DNA of 64,000 nucleotides, taken from assembly GCF_009914755.1 (NCBI RefSeq), contig NC_060934.1. One strand, 5' to 3'. The position numbers were made by a program, and so were the translations under genes. The stretch is from the human T2T-CHM13v2.0 reference genome, Homo sapiens. The notes beneath the pieces were generated by a model that worked only from the letters and a program-made list of their open reading frames with translations, did no database searches and was not told the DNA's origin. Shown here in pieces: positions 1 to 14,205 of the stretch (position 1 is the stretch's first letter; each line of letters begins with the position of its first letter).

Positions 1-1554
1 GATCTCCTCCCTGAATGTCGACTCCAGCCCTGCCCGGGACACAGCCCTGTGTGAATCTTGATGGGTCACATGAGACAGAACAAAAGTCACCCAAAGAGCT
101 GAGCCAGGCAGCACATCTGGAGGAGGCTTTCAAGAGACAGTGGGAAAGGAAGGCCCAGGGCCCATGCTCCTGCAGAAAATCCCTCCATCTGCGGGGAAGC
201 AGTGAGGCTGACCGAGAAAGGGTGCTTTCACCCCATGGTCAATGGGAGTTGGAGTATAGAGCAAAGCATATCAATTGTCAGGTCAATCCGGGCCTTCGGA
301 AGCAAAAGGAAGCCGCTGTATCTGGTCAATTTCACGAGCAGGACACAGATACCATTGCGGTCCTTACACACGTTTCATCAGCATCTCCAGTAGTTCATGT
401 TCACGTCCTCCATCTCCGTTTGGTTGCTGTTGCACATTGGAGTGTGAACTGCAAAAATCCCCAAAAATCCCAGATCGACAGCATATCTTGTGCAGGCCCT
501 GCAAATCCAGGCACATCTGACAATTTCCAGAAGACTGGAAGGGAGCTGTGATGGAAAGTCGCTGGTAGGAAATTTTGATGCTGGGAACAAAGACCCCAAA
601 GTCCAGTCAGGCAAACAGGCCAGATGAAAAGACGGCCCAAGACAAGAAGTAGCCAAGGAGTTTGCTCTGTGATGGGTTTGCTCTGTGATGAGTTGTGGGG
701 GACACGGGGTGTCCTAGCAGATATTTTTAAATTCTTCCATTTGTGTGTTTCCCAGGTGATCCTACAAGTCATGCGAGGAACACCCTCCCACTAGTGGGTG
801 AAGGTCGAGGTCCTGACGAAGTGCCGCTGGCCATACTCCAGGAGCGGAGCCACTCTTCCAGGCTTCTCCTTCCACCTCTTTCCTGACTCCCCCACATCCT
901 CTCTCCACCTGGCTCCTCCAATCTGCCCTAGTTGGGCTGTCAGCCTAACTTTCAAATTTGGCTTTGAGCCTGGAGTGTCTTTCCGACCTCGACAGGTTCT
1001 TTACTAAGGAGAGAAGTCCTCTCTTCCCCTGAGACCTGCTGTCACTTATCACCTCGGCAGTTTCCTGGCCTCTCTCTAAGGAGCCTGCACCAGAGTCCCT
1101 GGGTGGTGGCTGTAATAGAAAGCTGGGGGTGAACACTGCGATGTACCAGAGGGCTTGCAGGAAGCTGGATGCGTGAGTCCATGCCTCCTGAGGCCTACAC
1201 AGCACAAATGGTATGGGGGCAGGTTCTCATTCTTGCAGAGACATGAACAGAAGAGAAGCCTGGTGGTCGATATCCACAGGTGCCAAGGTGTCCTGAGGCG
1301 CCGAGCCTTAGCAGCTGCTCCCAGGGGCCAGCATGGAGGTCTCCAGCCACCACCGAGCCACATGGCAAATGAGGACAGTGGGGAAGAAAGAACAGACAAC
1401 CCAGGCAAATCAAACAGGCACCTGGGCAAGGCCATGTGAGGCATAGCATGGAATTTTTTGAACCAGAACTTGAAGGAAGGATGAGGTTCCAACAATCCTT
1501 TCGCCATTGGAGGCAGAGCTGCTCTTTGATGACAACAGGATCCTCCTGTGCTCT

Positions 1555-2510
<956 letters not shown>

Positions 2511-2807
2511 GATATACGCTACGAACAAGACTGTCTTGATACTTTCCTGCACTGAAAGCCATCTAAGGCAGGGCCAGTCCTGGCTTCTGTTGTCTGTTTT
2601 GCAGCTTCTGGACAAGACGGTCAAAAACTGCATTAGTGATGACCACAGAGAAGATGGAAAGGGAGGCTAGCTGTAGGAATCGGAAGATCTAGGTCCCAGT
2701 CCAAGTTTTAAACTTGCTAGTTGTCCAACTTTAATTCATATTCATCATCTGTGACATGGAGACATAACACAAAGGATAGTCAGCAAATCCATGTCTTACA
2801 TTATAAA

Positions 2808-3561
2808 TGTAACCGTGAAACAGTAAAAGAACGAACATAACTAACTCCATTTTTGTTTAAGGGGCCTTTACCCATTCCTGCACAGATGCTAGGATAATTT
2901 TAGAGCACCGAGATAATACATAAACACAGAAATCATGTAGTTTTTGAAACTCACTCTGAGATTAAAAGTAAAGCATATAAACAATTAACTATGTGTTGTT
3001 AAAGATTTACAGGAGTCCTTGCATGTGTTGTTAAAGATTTACTATGTGTTGAAACTATATATAGTTTCAACACATATATAGTATATATACGTATATATAC
3101 GTATATATGTGTGTATATATATACATATATATGTGTGTATATATATGTATATATATATAGTTCAAAAACTATAGTTTTTGAAACTCACTCTGAGATTAAA
3201 AGTAAAGCATATAAACAATTAACTGTGTTGTTAATGGTTTACAGCAGGTCCTTGTGACCTCACCAAGGACAAAAAAGTTCCCAAACTCCTCGGACCCTCA
3301 CGGGCACCCAGATGTCTGCAGTCCTCAATCACCTTTTGATGCTAATCCTCCCTTCTTCCCCATATCCCCCTCCCATAAAAAAAAAAAACAAACCCCGACG
3401 AGCCTGAAATTTTTGAGATGGTATAATGGTTTAGAACACTAGCTCACCACCATCTCCTTTATTTGCTGGCTCTCCAGATAAACCTGCTTTTCCTCCCACC
3501 AGCACTTGTCTCTTGAGTCCAGCTTTCAAGCGGTGAGCAGCCGAAGCTGGGTTCAGTTACA
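2808..3561 (+). mobile_element. ERV1-class solo LTR (MER4-group-like) with an internal complex insertion
   Basis: Termini TGTAAC...GTTACA; 4-bp TSD TAAA (2804-2807 / 3562-3565); taactccatttttg near the 5' end; 3' end gagcagccgaagctgggttcagttaca. Confidence 0.8.
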
Positions 3562-4752
3562 TAAAAGTGCTAATATTTACACTGGGGAGGAAGGAATTTG
3601 ATGAGCAGGTGTTAGGGCTGGTGGATGGCTTTATCAAGGAAAAGAGAGAGCGTTCAGAACTACTCAGCCACACCCATTCCAGCAGGGACACAGGAATGGA
3701 ACTGGCTAAAGATTGGAGAATCTTCATATCTTTATATCACCCAGCAGGAGAGGCACATTTAAAAGGACACTTAACAAATTCTTCTTAACAAAGGCTATTA
3801 CAACACCACTTCATGGGGGGAAAAGCAAATCACCTTGGGCCTTCTGGCTTTAGGGTTTCTAGTTTTCAAAGAAAGCAGCTGCAGTTGGTGTGTGTGGGGG
3901 GTGGGGTAGGGGTTCCTTCTATCTGTATCTATTGGATTCTTTGTTAATACTATTCTCTGCAAGGCCAGCACTGTCCCACCACAATTCCAGAGTCCTTACC
4001 TGATGCCTGCAGCCCAGGGAATTCTACACCCAGTTCACACTCCTGAGTCCCAGCACCCCAGGCACCTGGCTCTCAAAGCCTGTTCCATGGATCTCTTTGG
4101 GAATAGGGTGTCCCAAGACCCTTACTGAGGGCCTGAGAGGTCAAAACTTTTTCACAATAAACCAGTGTTTTTTCCCCTTTTCACTGTGTTGATATTTGCG
4201 CTGAGGTCAAAAGCAACAGGGGTAAAACCAGTGCCTTAGCATGAATTAGGAACCCTGTGCTAGGCATCATGACGCTCTCCACTCCACATTGTCTCATTAA
4301 ACAAACAAACAAACAAAAAAGCTGGTTGCACTTAAAAATATCCTTGGAGCAGCAGAATTATTTTTATTAAATTTCAAAGCTTACTTGTACATTTTTAATA
4401 GTCTGCTGATATTGAAGTGTGATGATTGTCATGAGGAAAGCATTGTGTGATTGACTAAATGAGTAGCAAGGTGAGCTTTTTTCATGGAACATCTTTTTTG
4501 TTGGAAAGAACAGCGGATGGACAAACCATGATCACTCAGACCTAGTATTTGGCAGACATCTTTTCGAGAATGGATGAAGTGAGCCTGTCACTTCAAGGAA
4601 AACAACTGACAGTATTTGTGGCCATTAAAAATTTTTGAGCTTCTGAATGAAAATTGGAATTTTTGAAATTTTGTATTTGTCACCGTGAACTTGAGCCTCT
4701 CCAGTACTTAGCAGCTTTTCTAATGAGATTGGTGGTGACATTAATGAATGTG

Positions 4753-5053
4753 TTTTTTTTTTTTGAGACAGGGTCTCACTCTGTCACCCAGGCTGGAGTT
4801 CAATGACATGATCACAGCTCACTGCAGCCTCGATCTCTCTCCCATGCTCAAGCAATCCTCCTCCTGCCTCAGCCTTCCAAGTAGCTGGGACTACAGGCAC
4901 ACACCACCACACCTGGCTAATTTTTCAATTTTTTGTGGAGACGAGATCTCACTATGTTGCCCAGGCTGGTCTTGAACTCTTAGATTCAAGCAATCCTCCC
5001 ACCTCGGCTTCCTGAAGTGCTGAGATCACAGGTGTGAGCCACCATACCTGACC
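4753..5053 (-). mobile_element. AluJ
   Basis: Poly-T then gagacagggtctcactctgtcacccaggctggag; TSD taatgaatg on both sides. Confidence 0.92.
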
Positions 5054-5534
5054 TAATGAATGGGATTTTTAAATGTTATGTATGTAATTGTTCAACCAGT
5101 GAACCAGTATTTTCCAAGTGACCAATGCATGGCATTACAAAACCATGCACAGGTAACAGATCTGTTCAAAGGGCAAAAGAAACCAATGGATTTTCATTTA
5201 ACAGTATGAAAAGGTCTCTGACATGGTCTCAGATTCCACACTGCAACTCATCTTTCAGAAACTACCACTTGTCAAATTTTGATGTAGTATCAAAGAAGAA
5301 TATCCACAATTTTTTGACAAGACTATTCAAATGCTCCCTCCTTCCCCAGCTGCATACCTGTGTGAGGCTGGGTAATCATACACTCCAAAACATTTTGCCA
5401 CAGATTGAGCATAGATGCAGATTTGCTTCTGGAAAGCCAAGCATGAAAGATATTTGCAAAACTACTTCGTAAAACGCTACTCTTCTCCCTATTCCTTGTC
5501 TTGGAAAATACTGATTTTTCATTTAAAAATGTTG

Positions 5535-6351
<817 letters not shown>

Positions 6352-6460
6352 AAAAATATGGTTTTATGTGAACAAGTAATGGGTTTATTTCTATTAAGTT
6401 ATAAATATATAAAAATATACTTAAATATTTAAATATTTCTTGGTTTTAGTTGCAAACACA

Positions 6461-6461
<1 letters not shown>

Positions 6462-6514
<53 letters not shown>
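6462..6514. repeat. (TA)n microsatellite
   Basis: Uninterrupted TA run of more than 20 units. Confidence 0.97.
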
Positions 6515-6771
6515 CCCACATAAACACAAGCTCTTTGGAGTCCCCAATAATTTTTAAATGTTTAAATGTATCCTGAGACCAAAATAATATCTATTCTGTA
6601 GGGAAAGGAGTTGCTATATTGGGGTGAGAGGCTGCAGGGAGAGAGTTAAACAGAAAATAAAAAACATTCCCTCTGTCACAGTTTCCCAACCAGCGAGTTG
6701 CAACAGTATGGCCCATCGTAAGGCGGTCCTGGTCCTCTGTGAGTCACTTTGCACTAAGCAACGCTGTTTAA

Positions 6772-7088
<317 letters not shown>

Positions 7089-7699
7089 ACTGAGTCCTCT
7101 TTCAGTGTGCCTTTTTGAGAAGGACATTTAGGTAAAAGCTAATGTTTGAGCCACAGAGCCATGACCCAGAAACCAGCAGTTACCTGTTGGCTTCTCATCC
7201 TGGTCGTTGGTCAAGTGGGCAGGAGGTATGACCGTATTCCTGTCCTTGTCCATCAGGGCACTGTCTCAGGCCAGGTTTCCCCCTGATGCCATCCGGGGCT
7301 CTCCAGAAGACTGTGTCAGCCACATGTCCGAATCCCTTGGTGCTCCTGTCTCCTGTGACTGTCCCTGTATTCCTTCATGAAGAAGTCTCTCCAGCCCCTA
7401 GGCAGGGAAAGTAGAAGAAAAATGCTTCATAGCATCTTTTCCACTAGATGGTCACTCTGGCAGTCAAATAGGGGGTGTGGTTATTGGCTATTAATTATTC
7501 TGCTTTTCTATACATAATAATAGCTATGCTCACCATAGTCTCATATCTCTGAGAGATATAAAGCTGACAATATTACCAGGCCCTCCACATTACCTAACCT
7601 CAGAGAAAGAGAAAGAATATTGGGAGTTCAGTAAGATATGGAATATTTTTTATCAGGGATGGTTTTTGAATCTTCAGTCATTTCCCCTAATAATAGAAA

Positions 7700-8050
7700 T
7701 GATATATGGCAAATATAAAACATTTTTAAATGAGCAAAGATACTACATTTATAAGAAAATTAAAAGCACTTATAATCCTATTATCCAAAGTATCCACTAT
7801 TAAGAGTTTGGTACATGATTATCTAGGCGTTTCTTCTGTGAATGTATATAAATAAACATATATAAATGTTTAATACATGAAATCATATCACATATACAGT
7901 TTTCTATCTGCTTTTTAAAAATTTTCCATGGAAACCTTTCCATTGTTATATCCTCATCCTCATTTTAAAGGCTGTGTATTATTTCATGGTGTGGAGGAAA
8001 TTTCAGGTATTTGTTACTAACCTGCTATTTTTGGGTATTCGGGTGATCTA
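7700..8050 (-). mobile_element. Ancient L1ME-type 3' fragment
   Basis: AT-rich; cctcattttaaaggctgtgtattatttcatggtgtgg resembles reverse L1ME 3' UTR. Confidence 0.45.
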
Positions 8051-9599
8051 GAGCGGAGATATTTAAATATTTTTAAAGTACGTTTGGGATATGAATTCTA
8101 ACACTCAGGCATCAGGCACCAGTGTACAATCAAGAGCCCTTCTCAGAAGGTGACAGAAGGTCCCCATGTCCCAGAATTAGCCCCCAAAAAACCCCAAAAT
8201 AAAAAAGGGACCTTGATCCCCAGCTGAACTTTTCATGGGGTGACCTTGAGCAAGCTGTGTGTGCAGCCTTTGCTGGGTCTCCCCACCACAAAAGAGATCT
8301 CCAGAATATTCGAGGAAGGGCGGGGCTCCCAGGAGCAAAGCACACACTCTTTCTTGCGCAGCCCCCTGTGGACAGAGCTGTAACCTGGGCCCAGGGCATG
8401 CTCCCAGCCTGCAAATGGAGATGCTGCCTCATTTTTCTCTCTAAATCTAAACTTTATTATCAGCCCCTCTCCTACCCCAGGGAGTCCTGGCCAGCCCATC
8501 TCCCCACTCCCCTAGAGCTGTTGGGGTGTGAGGTCTCAGGCAAGGCCGAATATTCTGGGGTGAGAAAGGAGGGGAGGGTGGGATCTGGTCACCAAAGTGT
8601 CACCCACACACGTGGCTTCCAAGATGCCCATCACCTCGTTCCCTCCACGCCACCCCTGGGCCCCAGGGCTCTTTGCCAAGGCTGCCTGTGGCCACCACAT
8701 CCCTGAGCCCTGCTGCTCTGGGGTCCACAAACTTCTCTTCTAAGGAAAAGATTCCATGGGGATGGAGGGATTCTTCAACCTTCCTGCTTCCTCCTGCCCA
8801 AACCCTCAGGACACAGGCTTTGTGGGAGCCCTCAGGTAGGAAGGAAGGTGTCTTGCAGGTGGCTTCAATTTTCCCCCTACCACAGACCCCCTCCAGACCA
8901 GAAGGACACACTTGCCTCTACTTGAATAGAGAAGGGAAGGAAAATCAGAGAGAAAAAAAATGAATATCCGAGCCCTTCTCCTGCCATAGTCTCTCCTCGG
9001 CAAGTCCAGGTCCTCAAAAGGACACTTTCTTTCCCTTTCCGGTCTCTACCCCACCCCCACACACCCAGCAAAAAATAGAGTGGGCTCCATGTTTCTCCCC
9101 CAGTGTGGATTTCTTGGATTCCCACAGGTGAAGCGCCTGCTCCTGCCTCTCTGGGGGTCATGTCTCCAGGCCCCCTGGGAGTGGGAGCCGAGTCTGTGCT
9201 GTGAACACCCCACTATCCCCCTAAGCGGGTCTCCTCTGGGAGAGGCCGCTCCACAGCCCCAGCTCCATGCTGCCCGGAGCTCCTGGGGCAATGTGGACCA
9301 GAGAATGATAGTGGGACTTCCTGGCTGAGCCCTTCAAGGTCTCCTTTGTCTCTCCTCCTTGTCCCCTCCCTCACAGGCCTGCAGCCCCACTGATCATCTT
9401 CCAGCCCTTGGCCCTGCCATGGCCACTCCGGCCTAGACAGCTGCTTCTCAGCAGGAGGTCTGTCCTTGACCAGGCTGAAAGGTGACCTCGGGGTCCTGTC
9501 CATCACCACCTTGTATGTCCATCAGCATTTATCAATAATCCCTAGTCACCTTGTTTGCATTCCTCGATCAGTTGACCTGCAAACTAGCTGTCTTGCTAG

Positions 9600-9718
9600 T
9601 TAACCTCACGAGGACTGGGGGTGGCTTGCCGGTCCCACTGTGTTCCCAGCTTCCAGAGTGACACTGCACCTAGTAGGCACTCAAATATCTGTGAAAGGGT
9701 GGATGAGTGAATGGGTTG
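9600..9718 (+). mobile_element. L2 3' tail
   Basis: cacctagtaggcactcaaatatctgtgaa...gagtgaatg. Confidence 0.6.
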
Positions 9719-10139
9719 GAGGAAACCCCTCCCTATTCATGTCCATTCTGAAGATAAGAAAACTCGCTGCTTCTACCTGAAGGGAAAACCTTCCTCCTCC
9801 AAAAACCCTCCTGTTCTATATGAGGCTTTAGAAACCAAAGGCAAGGACGTTTCTTTCATCTGCCTTTCATCCTGCAAAAAGCCCTCCACTCAAGGGAAGA
9901 AAGGGCACTGGAGTTTATTGAGTGGGAGACAGGCGGCAGGTGGGAGACGGGGAGGGAGGAGAGAAAGGGAAATTCAGGAGGAAGGAGTCCAGCGTGGATT
10001 GCTCCAAAGCTCACCCACCACGCCCTGACTGCAGGTGTGATTCGGGGCCCCCGTGGCTCTGCTGGGTCCAGGTGCAAGCAGGCACAGAGGTGCTGGCGTC
10101 AGCTCGATTCGCAGGCCCTGGACTCCTGTCTAAACAGGA

Positions 10140-10353
10140 CAGGCCCGGGCAACCGCAGGGCAGGGGCGTCTGCCAATGATGGGGGAGGACTCTGCTGCTT
10201 CTTAAGCTCCAGCGTCTCAAGCCAGGGCGAGACAGCCCGCCGGCCGCCCGGATCTCCACCTGCCACCCCAGAGCTGGGACAGCAGCCGGGCTGCGGCACT
10301 GGGAGGGAGACCCCACAGTGGCCTCTTCTGCCACCCACGCCCCCACCCCTGGC
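10140..10353 (+). promoter_or_regulatory. CALML3 proximal promoter and 5' UTR
   Basis: GC-box-like GGGGCG 10163-10168, CCAAT 10173-10177, TATA-position TTAAG 10202-10206, then a GC-rich leader. TSS inferred near 10230. Confidence 0.6.
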
Positions 10354-10803
10354 ATGGCCGACCAGCTGACTGAGGAGCAGGTCACAGAATTCAAGGAGGC
10401 CTTCTCCCTGTTTGACAAGGATGGGGACGGCTGCATCACCACCCGCGAGCTGGGCACGGTCATGCGGTCCCTGGGCCAGAACCCCACGGAGGCCGAGCTG
10501 CGGGACATGATGAGTGAGATCGACCGGGACGGCAACGGCACCGTGGACTTCCCCGAGTTCCTGGGCATGATGGCCAGGAAGATGAAGGACACGGACAACG
10601 AGGAGGAGATCCGCGAGGCCTTCCGCGTGTTCGACAAGGACGGCAACGGCTTCGTCAGCGCCGCCGAGCTACGACACGTCATGACCCGGCTGGGGGAGAA
10701 GCTGAGTGACGAGGAGGTGGACGAGATGATCCGGGCCGCGGACACGGACGGAGACGGACAGGTGAACTACGAGGAGTTTGTCCGTGTGCTGGTGTCCAAG
10801 TGA
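10354..10803 (+). CDS. CALML3: Calmodulin-like protein 3, 149 aa, intronless, four EF-hands
   Basis: [34 protein letters not shown]...[13 protein letters not shown]; EF loops [48 protein letters not shown]; ATG in strong Kozak context (ggcATGg). The ORF-track start at 10318 is an upstream GTG. Confidence 0.97.
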   Translation: MADQLTEEQVTEFKEAFSLFDKDGDGCITTRELGTVMRSLGQNPTEAELRDMMSEIDRDGNGTVDFPEFLGMMARKMKDTDNEEEIREAFRVFDKDGNGFVSAAELRHVMTRLGEKLSDEEVDEMIRAADTDGDGQVNYEEFVRVLVSK

Positions 10804-11508
10804 GGCCGGCGCCCACCATGCTCCTGGGCGCCCACGCGGCCCACAGGGCAAGAACCCGGGGCCTCCCGCCTCCTCCCCCATCCCCCTGCCTCCCCTGGGC
10901 ACTGTGGCTTCCTCCTGCGCCTGGTTGATTCAGCCCACCTCTCTGCATCCCGCTTCCCGCGTCTCTTCTCTGCACTCCTGCCGACCTTCCCACCTGCTCA
11001 TCTGAATGACACGGAACGCTCCCACTGCAGGCAAACCGTGACGCCCTCCCCACTCGGGAGAAGCAGAGCTGACCTTAGGACCGAGCACCAGGGCAGGTTG
11101 CGCTGACTCTGCGGCCCTCCAGGACGGACACCGGGTGACCCCTTAGGGCACCCAGGCAAGATCCCTAAGAGGCACCCAATGCCCAGGCCAGGGGGGCTGC
11201 AGCCCTCAGCCCCCGCCAGGATTCCCGCAGGCTCCTGGACTGGAAGCTCCCTCCGCGGTCGGATTCTGGAGTGTGGGAGGCATCTTGGCCTGCAGTAAGC
11301 GGTGCTGACGGGGACTCTGGCCACAGAGGTCAGGCCTCCTGAAAACAGCACTGCCTTCCGCGCTGCCCCAGCTTGCCCCATTCCTTGTCCGCCAACCCAC
11401 CGTGATTCATCTTCTGAAGCTGGGAGTGAAACTGGGTCAGCTGTAACCTGTTCCTATTCATCTGGAAGGAGGGAGGCTTGGATGAGCAGGGGATGAGAGC
11501 TGCAGGGA

Positions 11509-11553
11509 AATAAATGAGATATTCGTCCTTATTTCATTTCCTTTTTTTTTTTT
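11509..11553 (+). terminator. CALML3 polyadenylation signal with U-rich downstream element
   Basis: AATAAA at 11509-11514 followed by ccttatttcatttcc and a T-run (11542-11553); implies an mRNA of about 1.3 kb. Confidence 0.8.
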
Positions 11554-12269
11554 GGTTTCCATGGAAATGATCCTTGTTAAATTCAGGGTTGAAACGAGGC
11601 AGGAATCTCCATTTTTGTGCTTTTTGAAAATGCAATGAATTCCTATACGGGGGAGCGGGAAAGGTGCCTCAGAGAGAGACAAGTCTGGATGAGGGAAATA
11701 TTGAATATTCTCAATCAAATGGATACGCTGGCAGCAAAGAGTGGTTAAAAGTCCATCAGGACTTGAAAGACCTGAGTCCATTACGTTGAGAAGGGACCTG
11801 CTGATTGCTTTGATTCCCCCTGGCAAGTGCTCCCTGGTTGTGAAGTGCCAGGCACTAGAGATGGTGAGGGGTTGGGGGGCAGTTGGGCACACACAGTGTA
11901 AGAGCAATTCAGAGCCGTTAGTCCTGCACTAGCCCTGCAAGCTGCTGGCAACACCTAGAGAAGGTCGAAGGGGCCCTGCCAGAGATCCCTTCAATTCTAA
12001 AGGGAGGTATGTTTTGCGGGATGGGCACTAGACGGAGCTCATCAGAAAAGGCCATGGTGGATGTATCCTCTCTCCCTGACACCCCACCCCCGCCCACCAA
12101 CACCCAGTGTTTCCTCCTTTGTAAAACAAAGAGCTGGGCCCCAGCCCCGGCCTTGCCATCATCACTGCACCACTGGGACCTCCAGGATGACAGGACCCTC
12201 ATGCCACCTGCTTGGGCTCAGGGCACCATCAAGCACTTGGCCTGCATAGACAATTGGCACCTCCCTATG

Positions 12270-12420
12270 GGGCAGCCACTATTATTACCTTCCTCATCTT
12301 ACAAACGAGGAAGTGGAGACACAGAGGGCTTTAGAAAGCAGCCCTGGGTCCCACCAGTGGGTAAGAGGCAGACCTGGGATTTCAGTCAGGTCTGTGCCCT
12401 GACCACTCAGCTACAGGTCT
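12270..12420 (-). mobile_element. MIR
   Basis: attattaccttcctcatcttacaaacgaggaagtggagacacagagggc (MIR core). Confidence 0.6.
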
Positions 12421-13111
12421 GACACCAACCTGTGCCTCCATCATGGTAACTACGGTAGCGCCTCTCTCCAGCACTTGTGAGGAGCCAGAACAACATTCTT
12501 AACACACCTGGCATGTAGTAGGTGCTTAATAATGGCAGCTACTGTTACCATCACCTTCAAGATCCCTTCCTGCTCTAATACTGCAAGACTGTCCAGGGTA
12601 GTCACCCCTCTCCATAGCTCGAGAACAAGACAAGAGCAGAAAGGGGCAGAAGCAGGTGCTCTGGGGCTGGATTCCTGAGGGGATGCTGGATGGTGGGGTG
12701 TCAGGTGAGCACTGGCCCAGGGCCGGTGTAACTGCAGGTACTCCTGTCAGGGGAACAGAAGCAGAGGGCAAGCTAAGGCTCAGCTTGCTGAGCAAATCCC
12801 CACCCCTCCCTGCCACTCTCAGGAGTCGGGGTTGATTGGACACGTCCTGGGGAAGATTTGGGAACAAGCCTCATAAACACATGGACAGAGTGTCTAGAGT
12901 TCATTGGGCAGCAGCACCCCAGGGGGTGGGGGGCTGTGAGCAGGAGGGGCAGGCAGAAGCCCCCACATGGCTGCTGACCGCCAGGCAAAAGGAATAGTAC
13001 ATCAGGCCTGAGTACCTTTTGTAGAATGTCTCCTAAATTCTGCAGGAAGGAGAGAAACCAAGGTCTCCCTGCACAGGGCATCTTTGTAGTCACTGTCATA
13101 CACGTGGCTGA

Positions 13112-13776
<665 letters not shown>

Positions 13777-13881
13777 GGAGGTGTCTTCTTTATACAGACA
13801 GAAGCCAGAGGCAGCAAGGTCAAAGTGCGTCCTGTGGCAAAGGTGAATGACCCCTCCCCTCCCCCTTGGTGTTTAAACACA

Positions 13882-14205
13882 TTTTTTTTTTTTTTGAGAT
13901 AGGATCTTGCTCTGTCACCTAGGCTGGAGTGCAGTGGTGCAATCATAGCTCACTGCAGCTTCAACCTCCCAAGCTCAAGTGATGGTCCCACCTCAACCTC
14001 CCGAGCTCAAGTGATCATCCCACCTCGACCTCTAGAGTAGCTGGGACTGACGCGTGCCACCATGACCCACTAATTAAAAAAAAAAAATTGGAGGGGTGAG
14101 GTCTCTATGTTGCCCAGTCTTACCCAAACTCCTAGCCTGAAGTGATCCTCCTGCCTTGGCCTCCCAAAGTGCTGGGATTACAGGCACAAGCCACCGTGCC
14201 CGGCC
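13882..14205 (-). mobile_element. AluJ with an internal 32-bp duplication
   Basis: aatcatagctcactgcagc, gctcaagtgat; ends gccaccgtgcccggcc. Confidence 0.9.

Larger units (their letters stand above)
10140..11130. other. CpG-rich island spanning the CALML3 promoter and CDS
   Basis: Visibly high CpG density (ccggccgcccgg, gccgccgagc, cgcgcc-type runs) compared with the CpG-depleted flanks. Confidence 0.75.

Noticed and set aside
15-772. 178-aa ORF and overlapping minus-strand ORFs; possible processed pseudogene
   Set aside because: Translating the frames by eye gave no recognisable family, poly(A) or TSD. A BLASTX/Dfam search would settle it. A 16-bp duplication at 660-690 is trivial.
8394-8403. 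p53/p63 site upstream of CALML3 (GGGCATGCTC)
   Set aside because: Isolated perfect half-site without a properly spaced partner; expected by chance
10011-10745. 244-aa antisense ORF over CALML3
   Set aside because: Shadow ORF produced by the GC-rich codon usage of the sense CDS; Ser-rich mirror sequence with no domain. Would need ribosome profiling evidence to revive.
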